Origin: a virus
DNA length: 64,000 bases
IMG/VR virus record: IMGVR_UViG_3300037755_000305
Span: 1 to 64,000 of that record
Direction: 5' to 3' (one strand)
A program made the position numbers and the translations under genes. The notes under the pieces are model-generated. The model saw only the letters and a program-made list of their open reading frames with translations. It had not been told where the DNA came from and made no database searches. Shown in pieces: positions 27,363 to 36,489 of this stretch. Position 1 is the first letter of the stretch. Each line of letters starts with the position of its first letter.

Positions 27363-27957
27363 CGAATACTACACTGCTTCCGATTTCGAGAAGTTACAGT
27401 GGGTTGCTGGTCTGCCAGCGCGGTTTTGGAATACTGCCTTGTCTTCTATTCGCCCCAAAGGGTTGAAGATCAAGGAAGACAAAGAGATCGTGAACATTTC
27501 TGCTGCGCTACAGACCCAGTACCTAGCTGCGCGTATTGAGCAACCTGGACTTATGAACGCCAACAGGCTGGTAGTTATGACATCCAGCCCGACAGACGAG
27601 CACGCTTTGGCTGCTGCTTGCATGCTTGCTACGGCTGCCATTAGAAGAGCTTTTGACGAACGCACTGTGTCCAAAGTTCGTGTGGACGACATCCAAGAGT
27701 ACGAGAAATGTTTGTCCCTAAAGAGGGAGTTTTACACTATTGCGCCCAAACTTCTCGTGATCCATAACCTGAATCCCAACACGTCCAGAGAACGTCTTTC
27801 TTTGGTTAGAGACTTGTTGAATGCCAATGAAGGAGTGTACCGGGTTGTAGTAGCGGCTGCCGAAAGCCCGTTTGAGTTCGCCCAAAAGTCTTTGTACATG
27901 GAACCTAATGAGGTGTATCACTTCGAAGGCCGCCCGAAGAAGAGGTTGGTCATATAA
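27331..27957 (+). CDS. Degenerate DnaC/IstB-like protein (putative helicase loader)
   Basis: AGLPARFWN recalls DnaC N-termini and LLVIHNL sits where Walker B LLVIDDL would be; no Walker A. Directly upstream of DnaB. Confidence 0.45.
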   Translation: MSAPWERQKPSEYYTASDFEKLQWVAGLPARFWNTALSSIRPKGLKIKEDKEIVNISAALQTQYLAARIEQPGLMNANRLVVMTSSPTDEHALAAACMLATAAIRRAFDERTVSKVRVDDIQEYEKCLSLKREFYTIAPKLLVIHNLNPNTSRERLSLVRDLLNANEGVYRVVVAAAESPFEFAQKSLYMEPNEVYHFEGRPKKRLVI

Positions 27958-29321
27958 TGAAGGTTCAAGACCTAGATAACGAAGCCATCGCTATCATGAC
28001 GCTTGTCGGTTTCAGCGACAAGCCGAAGGCAGTTCTTGCAGCAAAACTTCGTGCTGAGCACTTTAGCGAGCCAAGGTGTGTAGAGACGTACACTCGTATC
28101 ATGTCCATGGCTAAAAGCCGACACGAACTTCCGACATACGACACTTTGCAACATGACTCGCTGCTATCAAAAGAAGCTCGTGAGCTTCTTGATAGCACTG
28201 TGTATCCAGCAGCCAAGACCGCAGGAGACGCCGAGCAGCTAGTATCCGCTTTGGAGGTCATGCGGCAAAGTCGAGTCTTGATGGAGGGCATCAGCGAAAT
28301 GACTGAGCTGATGAAGGATGAGCAAGCTGATCCTAACGATGCCTTCTCTATTTTGGAAACGACCCTACTTGACGCCAGAACAGACGCTTCAGACGAAACC
28401 CTTTCCATGGGAATGGACGGAAACTTCAGGGAAGCTGTAGCTCACATGCTAAGCCAAAAGAAACCGCACACTATTCCTACAGGGTTTCATGAGTTTGACA
28501 ATTCTGCCGGAGGACTGCCGCGAGGCGGTCTTACCACGCTGGCAGCAAGCTCTGGTGGTGGTAAGAGCTGCATGGCTGTACAAATCTGCATCAATGCCGT
28601 CCGAGCAGGATTCAGCGCCGCTATTGTTACGCTGGAAATGAGCAAAGAGCAAACGACCGGCCGCATATCAGCCAACCTTTCAGGTGTGGATTACGGAGCT
28701 ATCAACCGCTACACACTCAACGAGATGCAGAAAACACGCATCGACAAAGCTACCGCTGCTTGGCAAAAAGAGTGCGAAGACGGAAACAAGAAGTTCGAAG
28801 TATTCCATCGCCACAACATGACATTCACAGAAATTGCTTTGGAAATGCGGTCGCTTAACTTTGATTTGATAGTCGTGGACTATATAAACCTTCTAGACAA
28901 GGAAAGCGATTCTAGTAAGGGATCCAATGACGCGGCTATTTTGGGAGACATCGCTAAGCAAGCCAAGCTGCAAGCTGGCGCTACTAAAACTGCGTGGGTT
29001 ATGTTGGCTCAGCTCAACGAGCAAGGCGACGTGAAGTATTCTAAGGCCATCAAAGAACATAGTGATTACATGCTTACATGGGTTTATGGTGATGCTGAAC
29101 GCGAGAGCCATCTTATTGAAATCAACATCCCTAAGGCTCGTCATAGCCCAAGCTTCAAGTTTCCGTTACGAGAGAGTTTCAAAACCCAGAGATTCGAAAA
29201 TCCGGGAAATCCTGATAACAACCAAGATGTAGCCATCAAGAAAAGCAAGAACAAAGTGGGTAGGCACCCAACAGCAAAACCAATGTTTGGAGACGTAGAG
29301 GATGATGACGATGATCTGTAA
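27957..29321 (+). CDS. dnaB: DnaB-like replicative helicase
   Basis: IPTGFHEFDNSAGGL, LAASSGGGKS, TLEMS, VVDYINLL, LAQLN and KARH, plus an N-terminal primase-binding-type domain. Confidence 0.9.
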   Translation: MKVQDLDNEAIAIMTLVGFSDKPKAVLAAKLRAEHFSEPRCVETYTRIMSMAKSRHELPTYDTLQHDSLLSKEARELLDSTVYPAAKTAGDAEQLVSALEVMRQSRVLMEGISEMTELMKDEQADPNDAFSILETTLLDARTDASDETLSMGMDGNFREAVAHMLSQKKPHTIPTGFHEFDNSAGGLPRGGLTTLAASSGGGKSCMAVQICINAVRAGFSAAIVTLEMSKEQTTGRISANLSGVDYGAINRYTLNEMQKTRIDKATAAWQKECEDGNKKFEVFHRHNMTFTEIALEMRSLNFDLIVVDYINLLDKESDSSKGSNDAAILGDIAKQAKLQAGATKTAWVMLAQLNEQGDVKYSKAIKEHSDYMLTWVYGDAERESHLIEINIPKARHSPSFKFPLRESFKTQRFENPGNPDNNQDVAIKKSKNKVGRHPTAKPMFGDVEDDDDDL

Positions 29322-29712
29322 AGACCGAGACGTATTTTTCGATCAAAAAGGTTGGGGTTTCGAGCAATGGATGGCTAACAGCGAGCTATATTGCGGAAAA
29401 CTGTTAGTGGTCTTCGCTAGTAAGAAGTGTTCAGTTCACTATCACCAACTAAAGGATGAGACGTTCTACATCCAAAGTGGCCTCATCAAGATGCGGGTGT
29501 GGGAGAAGCCATTTGAGTTTAAGCAGGGAAGTCCTCTGGAGCCTGACCTTAATCCCCAGCCCAAGGAGTTTCTCATGGGTCCTGGCGACCGTCTCGTGAT
29601 TCCGCCGAACACACCGCACCAGTTCGAAGGTATTGGGGCCGAGTCTACCATCATAGAGATTTCTACACAGCATTTCGAAGAGGATTCTTACCGAATCCTG
29701 CAAGGTGATTAG
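29302..29712 (+). CDS. Cupin (sugar-phosphate isomerase-like) protein
   Basis: KGWGFEQW, HYHQLKDETFY and IPPNTPHQF cupin metal motif; start may be 29311. Confidence 0.75.
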   Translation: MMTMICKDRDVFFDQKGWGFEQWMANSELYCGKLLVVFASKKCSVHYHQLKDETFYIQSGLIKMRVWEKPFEFKQGSPLEPDLNPQPKEFLMGPGDRLVIPPNTPHQFEGIGAESTIIEISTQHFEEDSYRILQGD

Positions 29713-29782
29713 CACTCAACACAAGTTGTGTAAATGCTCCATAGAAATCTTGGAAATCTTGGAAATGTAGGAATGTACTGCA

Positions 29783-30151
29783 ATGGCTGATATTCAACGA
29801 TCAATGGATTACTTCCGTAGATCCAAAGACAAGAACGGAGACGAGAAGCTTTTGGCTAGGGGGTTGCTACATCTTGTTAAGCACTTAGGTCTGGACAAGG
29901 GTAGAGACTTTAAGAGAGCCCAAGAACTTCTCGACCAAGCCTGGAAAACATCTGGAGTTTCTAGTCGTAGAAAGACGGGAGAAGCTATGTTCTTAGTAGC
30001 TCGTGAGCTAAAGTCCAGTAGCGGAAAGCGGGCCACTTCGATGACGGAAAAACACAGAAACATCATGAAGGATATAGACGCCAAGCGAGAAGCACTGGCA
30101 AAAGAGATCGCAAAGACGGAAATTCTAGAAGTAAACGATGGCGATGATTAA
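29783..30151 (+). CDS. Hypothetical basic protein (122 aa)
   Basis: Helical, Lys/Arg-rich ORF. Confidence 0.7.
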   Translation: MADIQRSMDYFRRSKDKNGDEKLLARGLLHLVKHLGLDKGRDFKRAQELLDQAWKTSGVSSRRKTGEAMFLVARELKSSSGKRATSMTEKHRNIMKDIDAKREALAKEIAKTEILEVNDGDD

Positions 30152-30319
30152 GCTTGGCGTAGATCTTCAGCGGGGCGTATATCGAGACCGGTGAAGGGAA
30201 CCGTATTGGTTTCTGCATGAGAGATGATACTGTTGAGTTCAATGTAAGCCCGAAGGGTTCTGACAAGACCCAATGGTTTCGGGTGAACATGCAAACACTT
30301 GAAGTGGAGAAAATGCGTC

Positions 30320-31273
30320 ATGAAGATGAAAGCCCTGTTCGGGACTCAAAGTCGGTTCACAACGCCGGATAAGGCAAGTGCCATATTTGTTTATGACGCG
30401 CTGAATCTATTCTTTTCCGTAGTCCTATCGAAACACTTAGGTCCTCTGGCTACTAGCGATGGGCGGCCCTCATCCCAGGTATTTGGTACGTTCCAGCGTA
30501 TACGTGGACACGTTAAGAAATACACTAAGCCCGGACAACGAATAGCTATCGTTATTGCTATCGACAACGAACCCAAGGAAAAGAGGTTACTGCTTCCCGA
30601 ATACAAGATGAATCGGGACGAAAATCAAGTGATGTTAGAAGAGGAAAGAAACGAGAGATTGGAAAGTTACTACGCCTTCCTGAAGACTTTTCCGTGTACA
30701 TTCGCTGAATCCCCCGGGGAAGAGGCAGACGACGTTATCGCCACTATCACTAGCAAGTACCGGAAGCCTACTTTCGTTTTCTCCTCTGACAAAGATCTTT
30801 GGCAGCTTCTAAATAACCCTCGTGTACAGCAAATCAGCCTGCGCAAGTCCGAGAAAGTTACGGATGCTGATCTTCTGAAGAAGTTCGACCTTACCAGAAA
30901 ACGCGCGCACATGGTTTCCTTGTACAAGGCAGTGATGGGAGATGTGAGTGACAACATTCCCAAGGTTCCCAGAATCCCCACTAAAGCCTTTCACGAAGCT
31001 ATGGGAAAGATCAGCTATGTAGAGGGTGCTGGAGACCCTGTGTCTATGGTGATAGAGGCTGCCGAAACTCTGGACAAGCCCAGAGCGCACACATTACTTG
31101 TAGAACACGAGCAGCTTGTTCGGCGGAACTTGGACATCATTACCCTAAAGAAGGATTTAGATCTGCAAGAAACCCACTATCCCGGCTCCAAGCAGGGTTT
31201 GGCGGATATTCTTGACCACTATGAATGCAATACAATCTTAGCCCAGGGAAATCATGAATTCCTCTTCCGTTAG
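30320..31273 (+). CDS. 5'-3' exonuclease / RNase H (FEN/Pol I N-terminal-like)
   Basis: YDALN, AID, EYKMNR, EADDVIA, SDKDLWQL and GDVSDNIP. Confidence 0.92.
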   Translation: MKMKALFGTQSRFTTPDKASAIFVYDALNLFFSVVLSKHLGPLATSDGRPSSQVFGTFQRIRGHVKKYTKPGQRIAIVIAIDNEPKEKRLLLPEYKMNRDENQVMLEEERNERLESYYAFLKTFPCTFAESPGEEADDVIATITSKYRKPTFVFSSDKDLWQLLNNPRVQQISLRKSEKVTDADLLKKFDLTRKRAHMVSLYKAVMGDVSDNIPKVPRIPTKAFHEAMGKISYVEGAGDPVSMVIEAAETLDKPRAHTLLVEHEQLVRRNLDIITLKKDLDLQETHYPGSKQGLADILDHYECNTILAQGNHEFLFR

Positions 31274-33161
31274 CCTTAATGCCGAGCAAGAACAAGCCGC
31301 AAACCACTACACTGGAGCCTGCTTAGTAACAGCAGTCCCGGGATCAGGCAAAACCGCGACTCTTACTCAACGAGTTATCCGTTTGCTAGCCCGTGGTGAA
31401 GACCCCCGCTCTATCTGTTGCATCACCTTCACCAACAAAGCTTCTGCTGAGATGAAGGAACGCATCATGGCTGCCGACCCCGGAGCAAAAAACGTATGGG
31501 TCAGCACATTCCACAGAATGGGTGTGAAACTTTTGCGCAGCTACGGAGATAAAGTAGGTCTGCGAGACGGTTTTTCTATTTACGACGATGCTGACTGCAA
31601 GGGTCTAATGCAGAAGGTCCATCGAATGTGGGCTGCCGAACAAGAAAATGAAGACCTGAAGCTAGGACCTAAAGAGCGCTCCGTACTAATGAGCGTCGCA
31701 GGGGACCTCCGAGAGAGCGCCAAGCCTTTCGATCTGGAAAACGTTGACCCCCGTATCGGCATGTATATTCGTGAGCTGCACGATGCTAACGCGGTCGATT
31801 TCAGCGGCATGTTGTATCTAACGTGGAAGATCCTGACTAAATTTCCCGAAATTGCCAACAAGCTGTCGGCACGCTTCAAGTTCGTCATGGTAGACGAGGC
31901 CCAAGATACAAACGATATCCAGTACGCTATAGCAAAGATCCTTGCGTCCCACGGAAACTTGTTTATGGTCGCCGATTACAATCAGAGTATATTTTCATGG
32001 AGAGGAGCTAAACCTGAGAACCTCAGTACCTTCAAAAAGGATTACCCTGACGCTTTAGTTCTAAGCCTACCAAGAAACTACCGTTCTTGCTCAGAGATAT
32101 TAGACAAGGCAAGTAACATCATTCACTGCAACCCTAACAATGAGACCGTGGAGCTAATTTCCGCTAGGGGAGAGGGCGGAGCTGTAGAAATACACCAATA
32201 CGAGAATGAGTGGGAAGAGGCAAACCAAATTGCACATCAGATGCACTGTTACCACGATCAGGGGTACAAGTGGGAGGACATGGCGGTCATCTATCGCCTA
32301 AACAAGCAATCTCAGGCTTTTGAGATGGCTTTGTCTCAGAACGGGATTCCCTTCAAAACCAAGGGAGGACCCAGCTTTTTCGCCCGCAAGGAGATCAAAA
32401 CTACTCTCGCCTACATGAAGCTTCTCACGAACCCGTCTGATAGTGCAGCTTTTGCGCAAGCAATCTCGTATCCAAAGAGAGGGGTTGGAGATGTTCTGAT
32501 TGGGAAGATTGACATTTTGGCCAAGAAAGACGGAATCAGCGTGATGGAGGCTGCCTCCAAAATCAAGACAGGTAGACAATCTACACGAGCATTGCTGGAT
32601 GATTTTGCTACACTCTTGGATCGAAAACGAGAAGAGATGCGCAACGGCAGGAGCTTAATGACCGTAGTTGATGAGCTTGTCAAGGAAAGTGGCTACATGG
32701 GACAGCTAAAGAATGAGGCAGATGAAGAGAAAGATGGTCCCAGAAGCATCCAAAGACTGGAGAATCTAGAGACGTTCGTCATTGGAATCGGTGAATTTGA
32801 GGACGCCAACACGAAGCCATCGCTGGAGAAATTCCTTCAGCAGATCGCGTTGGTGCAAGAAGGGGACAGCCGCGTGGATGACTCTGTGTCGATGATGTCG
32901 ATGCACTCAGCCAAGGGGCTGGAGTTCCCAGTAGTATTCATTGTAGGGGCAGCAGCAGGTGTCATGCCCTTCGAATTAGCGGTGGACGAGGGACGAGGGG
33001 ACGAGGAGCGTAGATTGTTTTACGTTGCCGTAACCAGAGCCAAAGACCAGCTTCATGTAAGTTACCCCGAACAAGTACGCAAATGGAGCAGTACAAAAGA
33101 ACAGGACCCAAGTCCTTACTTATTCGAAATGTTCGGACGTGATCTAAAGGAAGAAAAATAG
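31254..33161 (+). CDS. uvrD: UvrD/Rep/PcrA SF1 helicase
   Basis: PGSGKT, TFTNKA, TFHR, DEAQD, NYRS, MHSAKGLEFP and EERRLFYVAVTRAK. Confidence 0.95.
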   Translation: MNSSSVSLNAEQEQAANHYTGACLVTAVPGSGKTATLTQRVIRLLARGEDPRSICCITFTNKASAEMKERIMAADPGAKNVWVSTFHRMGVKLLRSYGDKVGLRDGFSIYDDADCKGLMQKVHRMWAAEQENEDLKLGPKERSVLMSVAGDLRESAKPFDLENVDPRIGMYIRELHDANAVDFSGMLYLTWKILTKFPEIANKLSARFKFVMVDEAQDTNDIQYAIAKILASHGNLFMVADYNQSIFSWRGAKPENLSTFKKDYPDALVLSLPRNYRSCSEILDKASNIIHCNPNNETVELISARGEGGAVEIHQYENEWEEANQIAHQMHCYHDQGYKWEDMAVIYRLNKQSQAFEMALSQNGIPFKTKGGPSFFARKEIKTTLAYMKLLTNPSDSAAFAQAISYPKRGVGDVLIGKIDILAKKDGISVMEAASKIKTGRQSTRALLDDFATLLDRKREEMRNGRSLMTVVDELVKESGYMGQLKNEADEEKDGPRSIQRLENLETFVIGIGEFEDANTKPSLEKFLQQIALVQEGDSRVDDSVSMMSMHSAKGLEFPVVFIVGAAAGVMPFELAVDEGRGDEERRLFYVAVTRAKDQLHVSYPEQVRKWSSTKEQDPSPYLFEMFGRDLKEEK

Positions 33162-33734
33162 ATGCAATGGAAAAAAATCATGATTGTCGATTTCGAGGCT
33201 ACGTGCTTCCAAGACAATGACGCGGATAAGCCCGCAGGCTGGGAAGCTGCCAAGGACCAAGAAATCACCGAAATAGGGGCTGTGATTTACAATCTGCCAC
33301 AGAAAGAAATAGAGGCTGTCAAAAGCTTTCTGGTTCGTCCTGATGGCCCCATGGGGGCGTTTTGCGAGGAATTGACCAGTCTTACGTTCGAGGACGTGAA
33401 GGGACAGCCGAATCTGGAGACCACACTAAAGGTAGACCTGAAGACTTGGTGCAAAGAGAACAAGTTCGATCTCAATCAGCACCCATGGGGTAGCTGGGGA
33501 GATTATGATCGGGTTCAACTGTTCCGGGAGTGCGCGCGTAAGGGCATAAAGTACCCATTCGGGCGAACTCACTACAACATTAAGGGGCTTTTTTCGATGC
33601 TACAGGGACGATCGAAGGGGTTCGGCGTAGGCGCCGCTCTCGACATTCTCGGCCTTGAGTTCGATGGACGGACCCACCGTGGTGTGGACGATGCTCGCAT
33701 GATTGCGACCATTCTGCGCAACGTCATGAGGTAA
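33162..33734 (+). CDS. DEDDh 3'-5' exonuclease (ERI-1/KapD-like)
   Basis: VDFEATC, EITEIGA, WGDYD and HRGVDDA. Confidence 0.9.
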   Translation: MQWKKIMIVDFEATCFQDNDADKPAGWEAAKDQEITEIGAVIYNLPQKEIEAVKSFLVRPDGPMGAFCEELTSLTFEDVKGQPNLETTLKVDLKTWCKENKFDLNQHPWGSWGDYDRVQLFRECARKGIKYPFGRTHYNIKGLFSMLQGRSKGFGVGAALDILGLEFDGRTHRGVDDARMIATILRNVMR

Positions 33735-33737
33735 GGT

Positions 33738-34850
33738 ATGGAACTCGTAGTCGAATCAGACTCGTACAATGCAGCAATTTCTACCATTACGAGCCTTCTA
33801 GGGTCTGAGGTGGACTGTATTCTGAAACTGGACGACAGCAAGGCCCGTATCGAAGCTTCCAGCCCTGAGGCATACATTCAGGTTCCTCTTCGACTGGAAT
33901 CCAGTTCTGGGGATGGTGCCTGCTGTACTCGTATCGAGTATCTGAGTGTTGTGACTCCCAAAACAAAGACCATCAAGCTGGTTTTTGAGGAAGGTGACCA
34001 CATAAAGGTAACGATGGGGCGCTCTAGAGGTGCTATACGTGTGCTGCCTGAGGAGGATATAGACATCGAGCGCCCGGAGACGACTATCGGAATTGAGGCT
34101 GTGGTTCCGGCTAAGCTGTTGGTGTTCGCAAGCGGAGCCACAGCTTTCAAGCCTCTTATCGACGCTAGCAGCCCCAGCGTCATTATCGAGGTCGATAATA
34201 GAGAATTCAATATCAGTGCGTATGACACATACATGGGTACTCATTATGGGGTAACGAATGAAGAAGTTCGCGCCAAAGAAGCTTTTCGCCTTACAGTAGA
34301 GCTTGATGTTTGGAAGAACATTATTGCCAAAGTAGCCCCGAATGGTGTGGTGAAGATGGGCGCAGACGATAGCTTCTTCCGTTTGAGGACGGATACATTT
34401 GATCTCTACCACGCCGTGATGCAAGAAGACTCCCAGGATGTGAAGGAGGTGATTACAACACTTAAATCCGAGGGAGATCATCTGGCTGTGGTAGAGTTCG
34501 ATGCTAACGCAGTCACTAAGGCTATTGACGACACTAAGGGCGTCATCCGGTCTGCGGATAAGGATGGATCTAGATTCTGCATTACCCTCAAGAAGGAAGG
34601 TTTGGCTATCATCTCTGCCGAGAGCGTGGCCGGAGAAATGGAATCCGAGTTCGACATCAACGTCACCATGGGTGGTGACGATGATGTAGAGTTCCGGGTT
34701 AGCTCTGATACTTTCCAAGACATTTTGAAGCTGACGAGAGACGAGGGTCTGAAATATGGACCCGCGCGAATGCTGGTTATGGGGGAAGTTCTGGTTATGG
34801 AGAGCCTGAAAGTCCCGGCGTCTTCTGTGTCTCCAATGTTGCAGGAGTAA
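33738..34850 (+). CDS. Probable DNA polymerase III beta-type sliding clamp
   Basis: 370 aa and acidic, with a three-fold alternating helix/strand pattern and length like DnaN, inside the replication block. No diagnostic motif. Confidence 0.5.
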   Translation: MELVVESDSYNAAISTITSLLGSEVDCILKLDDSKARIEASSPEAYIQVPLRLESSSGDGACCTRIEYLSVVTPKTKTIKLVFEEGDHIKVTMGRSRGAIRVLPEEDIDIERPETTIGIEAVVPAKLLVFASGATAFKPLIDASSPSVIIEVDNREFNISAYDTYMGTHYGVTNEEVRAKEAFRLTVELDVWKNIIAKVAPNGVVKMGADDSFFRLRTDTFDLYHAVMQEDSQDVKEVITTLKSEGDHLAVVEFDANAVTKAIDDTKGVIRSADKDGSRFCITLKKEGLAIISAESVAGEMESEFDINVTMGGDDDVEFRVSSDTFQDILKLTRDEGLKYGPARMLVMGEVLVMESLKVPASSVSPMLQE

Positions 34851-34851
34851 T

Positions 34852-35076
34852 ATGGAACCCTGGAGTGTATTGTTTGGAATCTGGTTCGGAGTAGGATGCT
34901 ATCGGCTTTTCGAGATGATAGAGTTTGACGGTATGGAAAAAGAGGACCCCGCAGAAGAATGGGGAGTACACCCTATAACGTATTTCATTATAAGCGTGAT
35001 TTCTGCCTACGGTTGGCCTGTACTGATGCCCTATGCATATTGGCTAGATCGACGCGAGGACGAAGATGAAAACTAA
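34852..35076 (+). CDS. Small predicted membrane protein
   Basis: Two hydrophobic aromatic-rich segments. Confidence 0.6.
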   Translation: MEPWSVLFGIWFGVGCYRLFEMIEFDGMEKEDPAEEWGVHPITYFIISVISAYGWPVLMPYAYWLDRREDEDEN

Positions 35077-35461
35077 ATTGACGTGGACCCTTTATCCTGT
35101 GGGAAGTCTCTTGAAGGTTTCTGAGCATAGGTATGTTTTGAGAGTTTCGAAGTCCGTCTCGGACCTGGAGCCAAAAAAAGAGAAGATATACAATGACTCC
35201 AAGATGTCCATTATAGGTTACTACAACAAGCGTGGTTATTGTGTTGGATACGCTCTCGATTTCAAAGGAAGCCCTTCCATCATCGAGGATAGCTTCTACA
35301 TTGTTCTGGATTACGTTGAAAAGGGAGAAAAGCCCAAAGATATGACGTTCCCGAAGCTGGGCGGAAAAGCCGATTCATCAATTCGCTTAGTCAGGTTCGG
35401 TAACTACAGACTTAAGAACCGAATGTACGTGTTCATCTATAGGAGAAAGCAGGATGGCTGA
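35066..35461 (+). CDS. Hypothetical protein (131 aa)
   Basis: Overlap-coupled ORF. Confidence 0.65.
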   Translation: MKTKLTWTLYPVGSLLKVSEHRYVLRVSKSVSDLEPKKEKIYNDSKMSIIGYYNKRGYCVGYALDFKGSPSIIEDSFYIVLDYVEKGEKPKDMTFPKLGGKADSSIRLVRFGNYRLKNRMYVFIYRRKQDG

Positions 35462-35999
35462 AGCTGAGAACCTGTTCACGGAAGCCCTAGGCGACGATTA
35501 CATTATAAAGATCAACAAACAAGCGAAATTACAGAAGTTTGCTGTTGACGGGTCGTTGCGGGAAGAGATACAGAAATATGTCATCTTTGGAAAAAAGGGC
35601 CGCAAGAAATTCGAACCTAAGAGCGCTGACGATTTGAAACAATTGATTGACGAGATGCAAGAAACGCAAGCCTATCGTGATAGGCTCACAGGCATTCTTA
35701 TTCAAGCACAGTACGCTATTGATGAACTTGGAATTCTGATCGGAACAGGAGAATCTTACCTGTTTACCGAATACAATGATCTGATGAAGAGGTGCTCGAA
35801 CAAGGAGACTCGCGAAGCAGCGATTCGCTATGTGTTCGGACCCGTAACGAGACGGCAGTTACAATGGAAGAGCCTTAAAGGCATTGGAGAAACGGCCCGC
35901 CAAAATCTGAACGAAACTTATTTTGCTTTGAGAGAAATTGGAGAAAACGGCAGAACCATCCTTGAGGCTCGTAAGACAAGGAGAACATTTGATGCCTAG
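35454..35999 (+). CDS. Hypothetical helical protein (181 aa)
   Basis: SD CAGGA; predicted helical bundle. Confidence 0.7.
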   Translation: MAEAENLFTEALGDDYIIKINKQAKLQKFAVDGSLREEIQKYVIFGKKGRKKFEPKSADDLKQLIDEMQETQAYRDRLTGILIQAQYAIDELGILIGTGESYLFTEYNDLMKRCSNKETREAAIRYVFGPVTRRQLQWKSLKGIGETARQNLNETYFALREIGENGRTILEARKTRRTFDA

Positions 36000-36489
36000 A
36001 CCCAAGAGAGGCGTAGGAGCTGTAGTAGGTAGAACCGGCGATAGGGTGGAGTCCATGCGAGATCAGATCGTGGACGAAGAAGGTCCTGGATTGGATCTAG
36101 AGATGGATGAGATGGATCGCCCCACGCGCACCCAGTCTACGAATACGAAACCCAAAACCAAAGACGGGAAGAAACGACGCAACCACCAGATCGACATCAA
36201 TTACTTTCGCTCCCTGGACGAAATTATGGCCCGTTCATTCACTAGACAGGAAGCTGCTCATAATATTGTGGTGGCCTTCACCAATATGATGGAAGCCCGG
36301 GGTATTGACACCGGTTTTGAAGACGAGCGCTTCGAGCGAGCGGCCGGTAACATGGCTGTCGTTGGCATGATGCGAGAAATGGCTTGGGCTTTCGGTTTGG
36401 GGTCAGATCTGGCCGATCGTATTGCGGAACACACCGTCGATAGACTTTTTTCGCCTGGGCACGCTAAGGCACCGGAGATCAAGAAGTAA
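35992..36489 (+). CDS. Hypothetical protein (~165 aa)
   Basis: Start MPRPKRG at 35992 after SD AAGGAG (track starts at 35938). Confidence 0.7.
   Translation: MPRPKRGVGAVVGRTGDRVESMRDQIVDEEGPGLDLEMDEMDRPTRTQSTNTKPKTKDGKKRRNHQIDINYFRSLDEIMARSFTRQEAAHNIVVAFTNMMEARGIDTGFEDERFERAAGNMAVVGMMREMAWAFGLGSDLADRIAEHTVDRLFSPGHAKAPEIKK

Noticed and set aside
29713-29790. 9-nt tandem repeat (GAAATCTTG) and an 18-codon ORF MLHRNLGNLGNVGMYCNG as another endonuclease scar; TAAATGCTC shared with 50417
   Set aside because: Too short to distinguish from chance; only two copies of the 9-mer, so not supportable as a remnant or promoter.
33798-34718. 306-aa antisense ORF
   Set aside because: Lies wholly opposite the clamp-like gene, with no motif and no SD; typical shadow ORF. 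The same applies to 10334-10990, 44594-45205 and other minus-strand ORFs right of 5867.
35454-35999. UvsY-like recombination mediator call
   Set aside because: Only general helical character and size fit; no diagnostic residues recognised, so left hypothetical.
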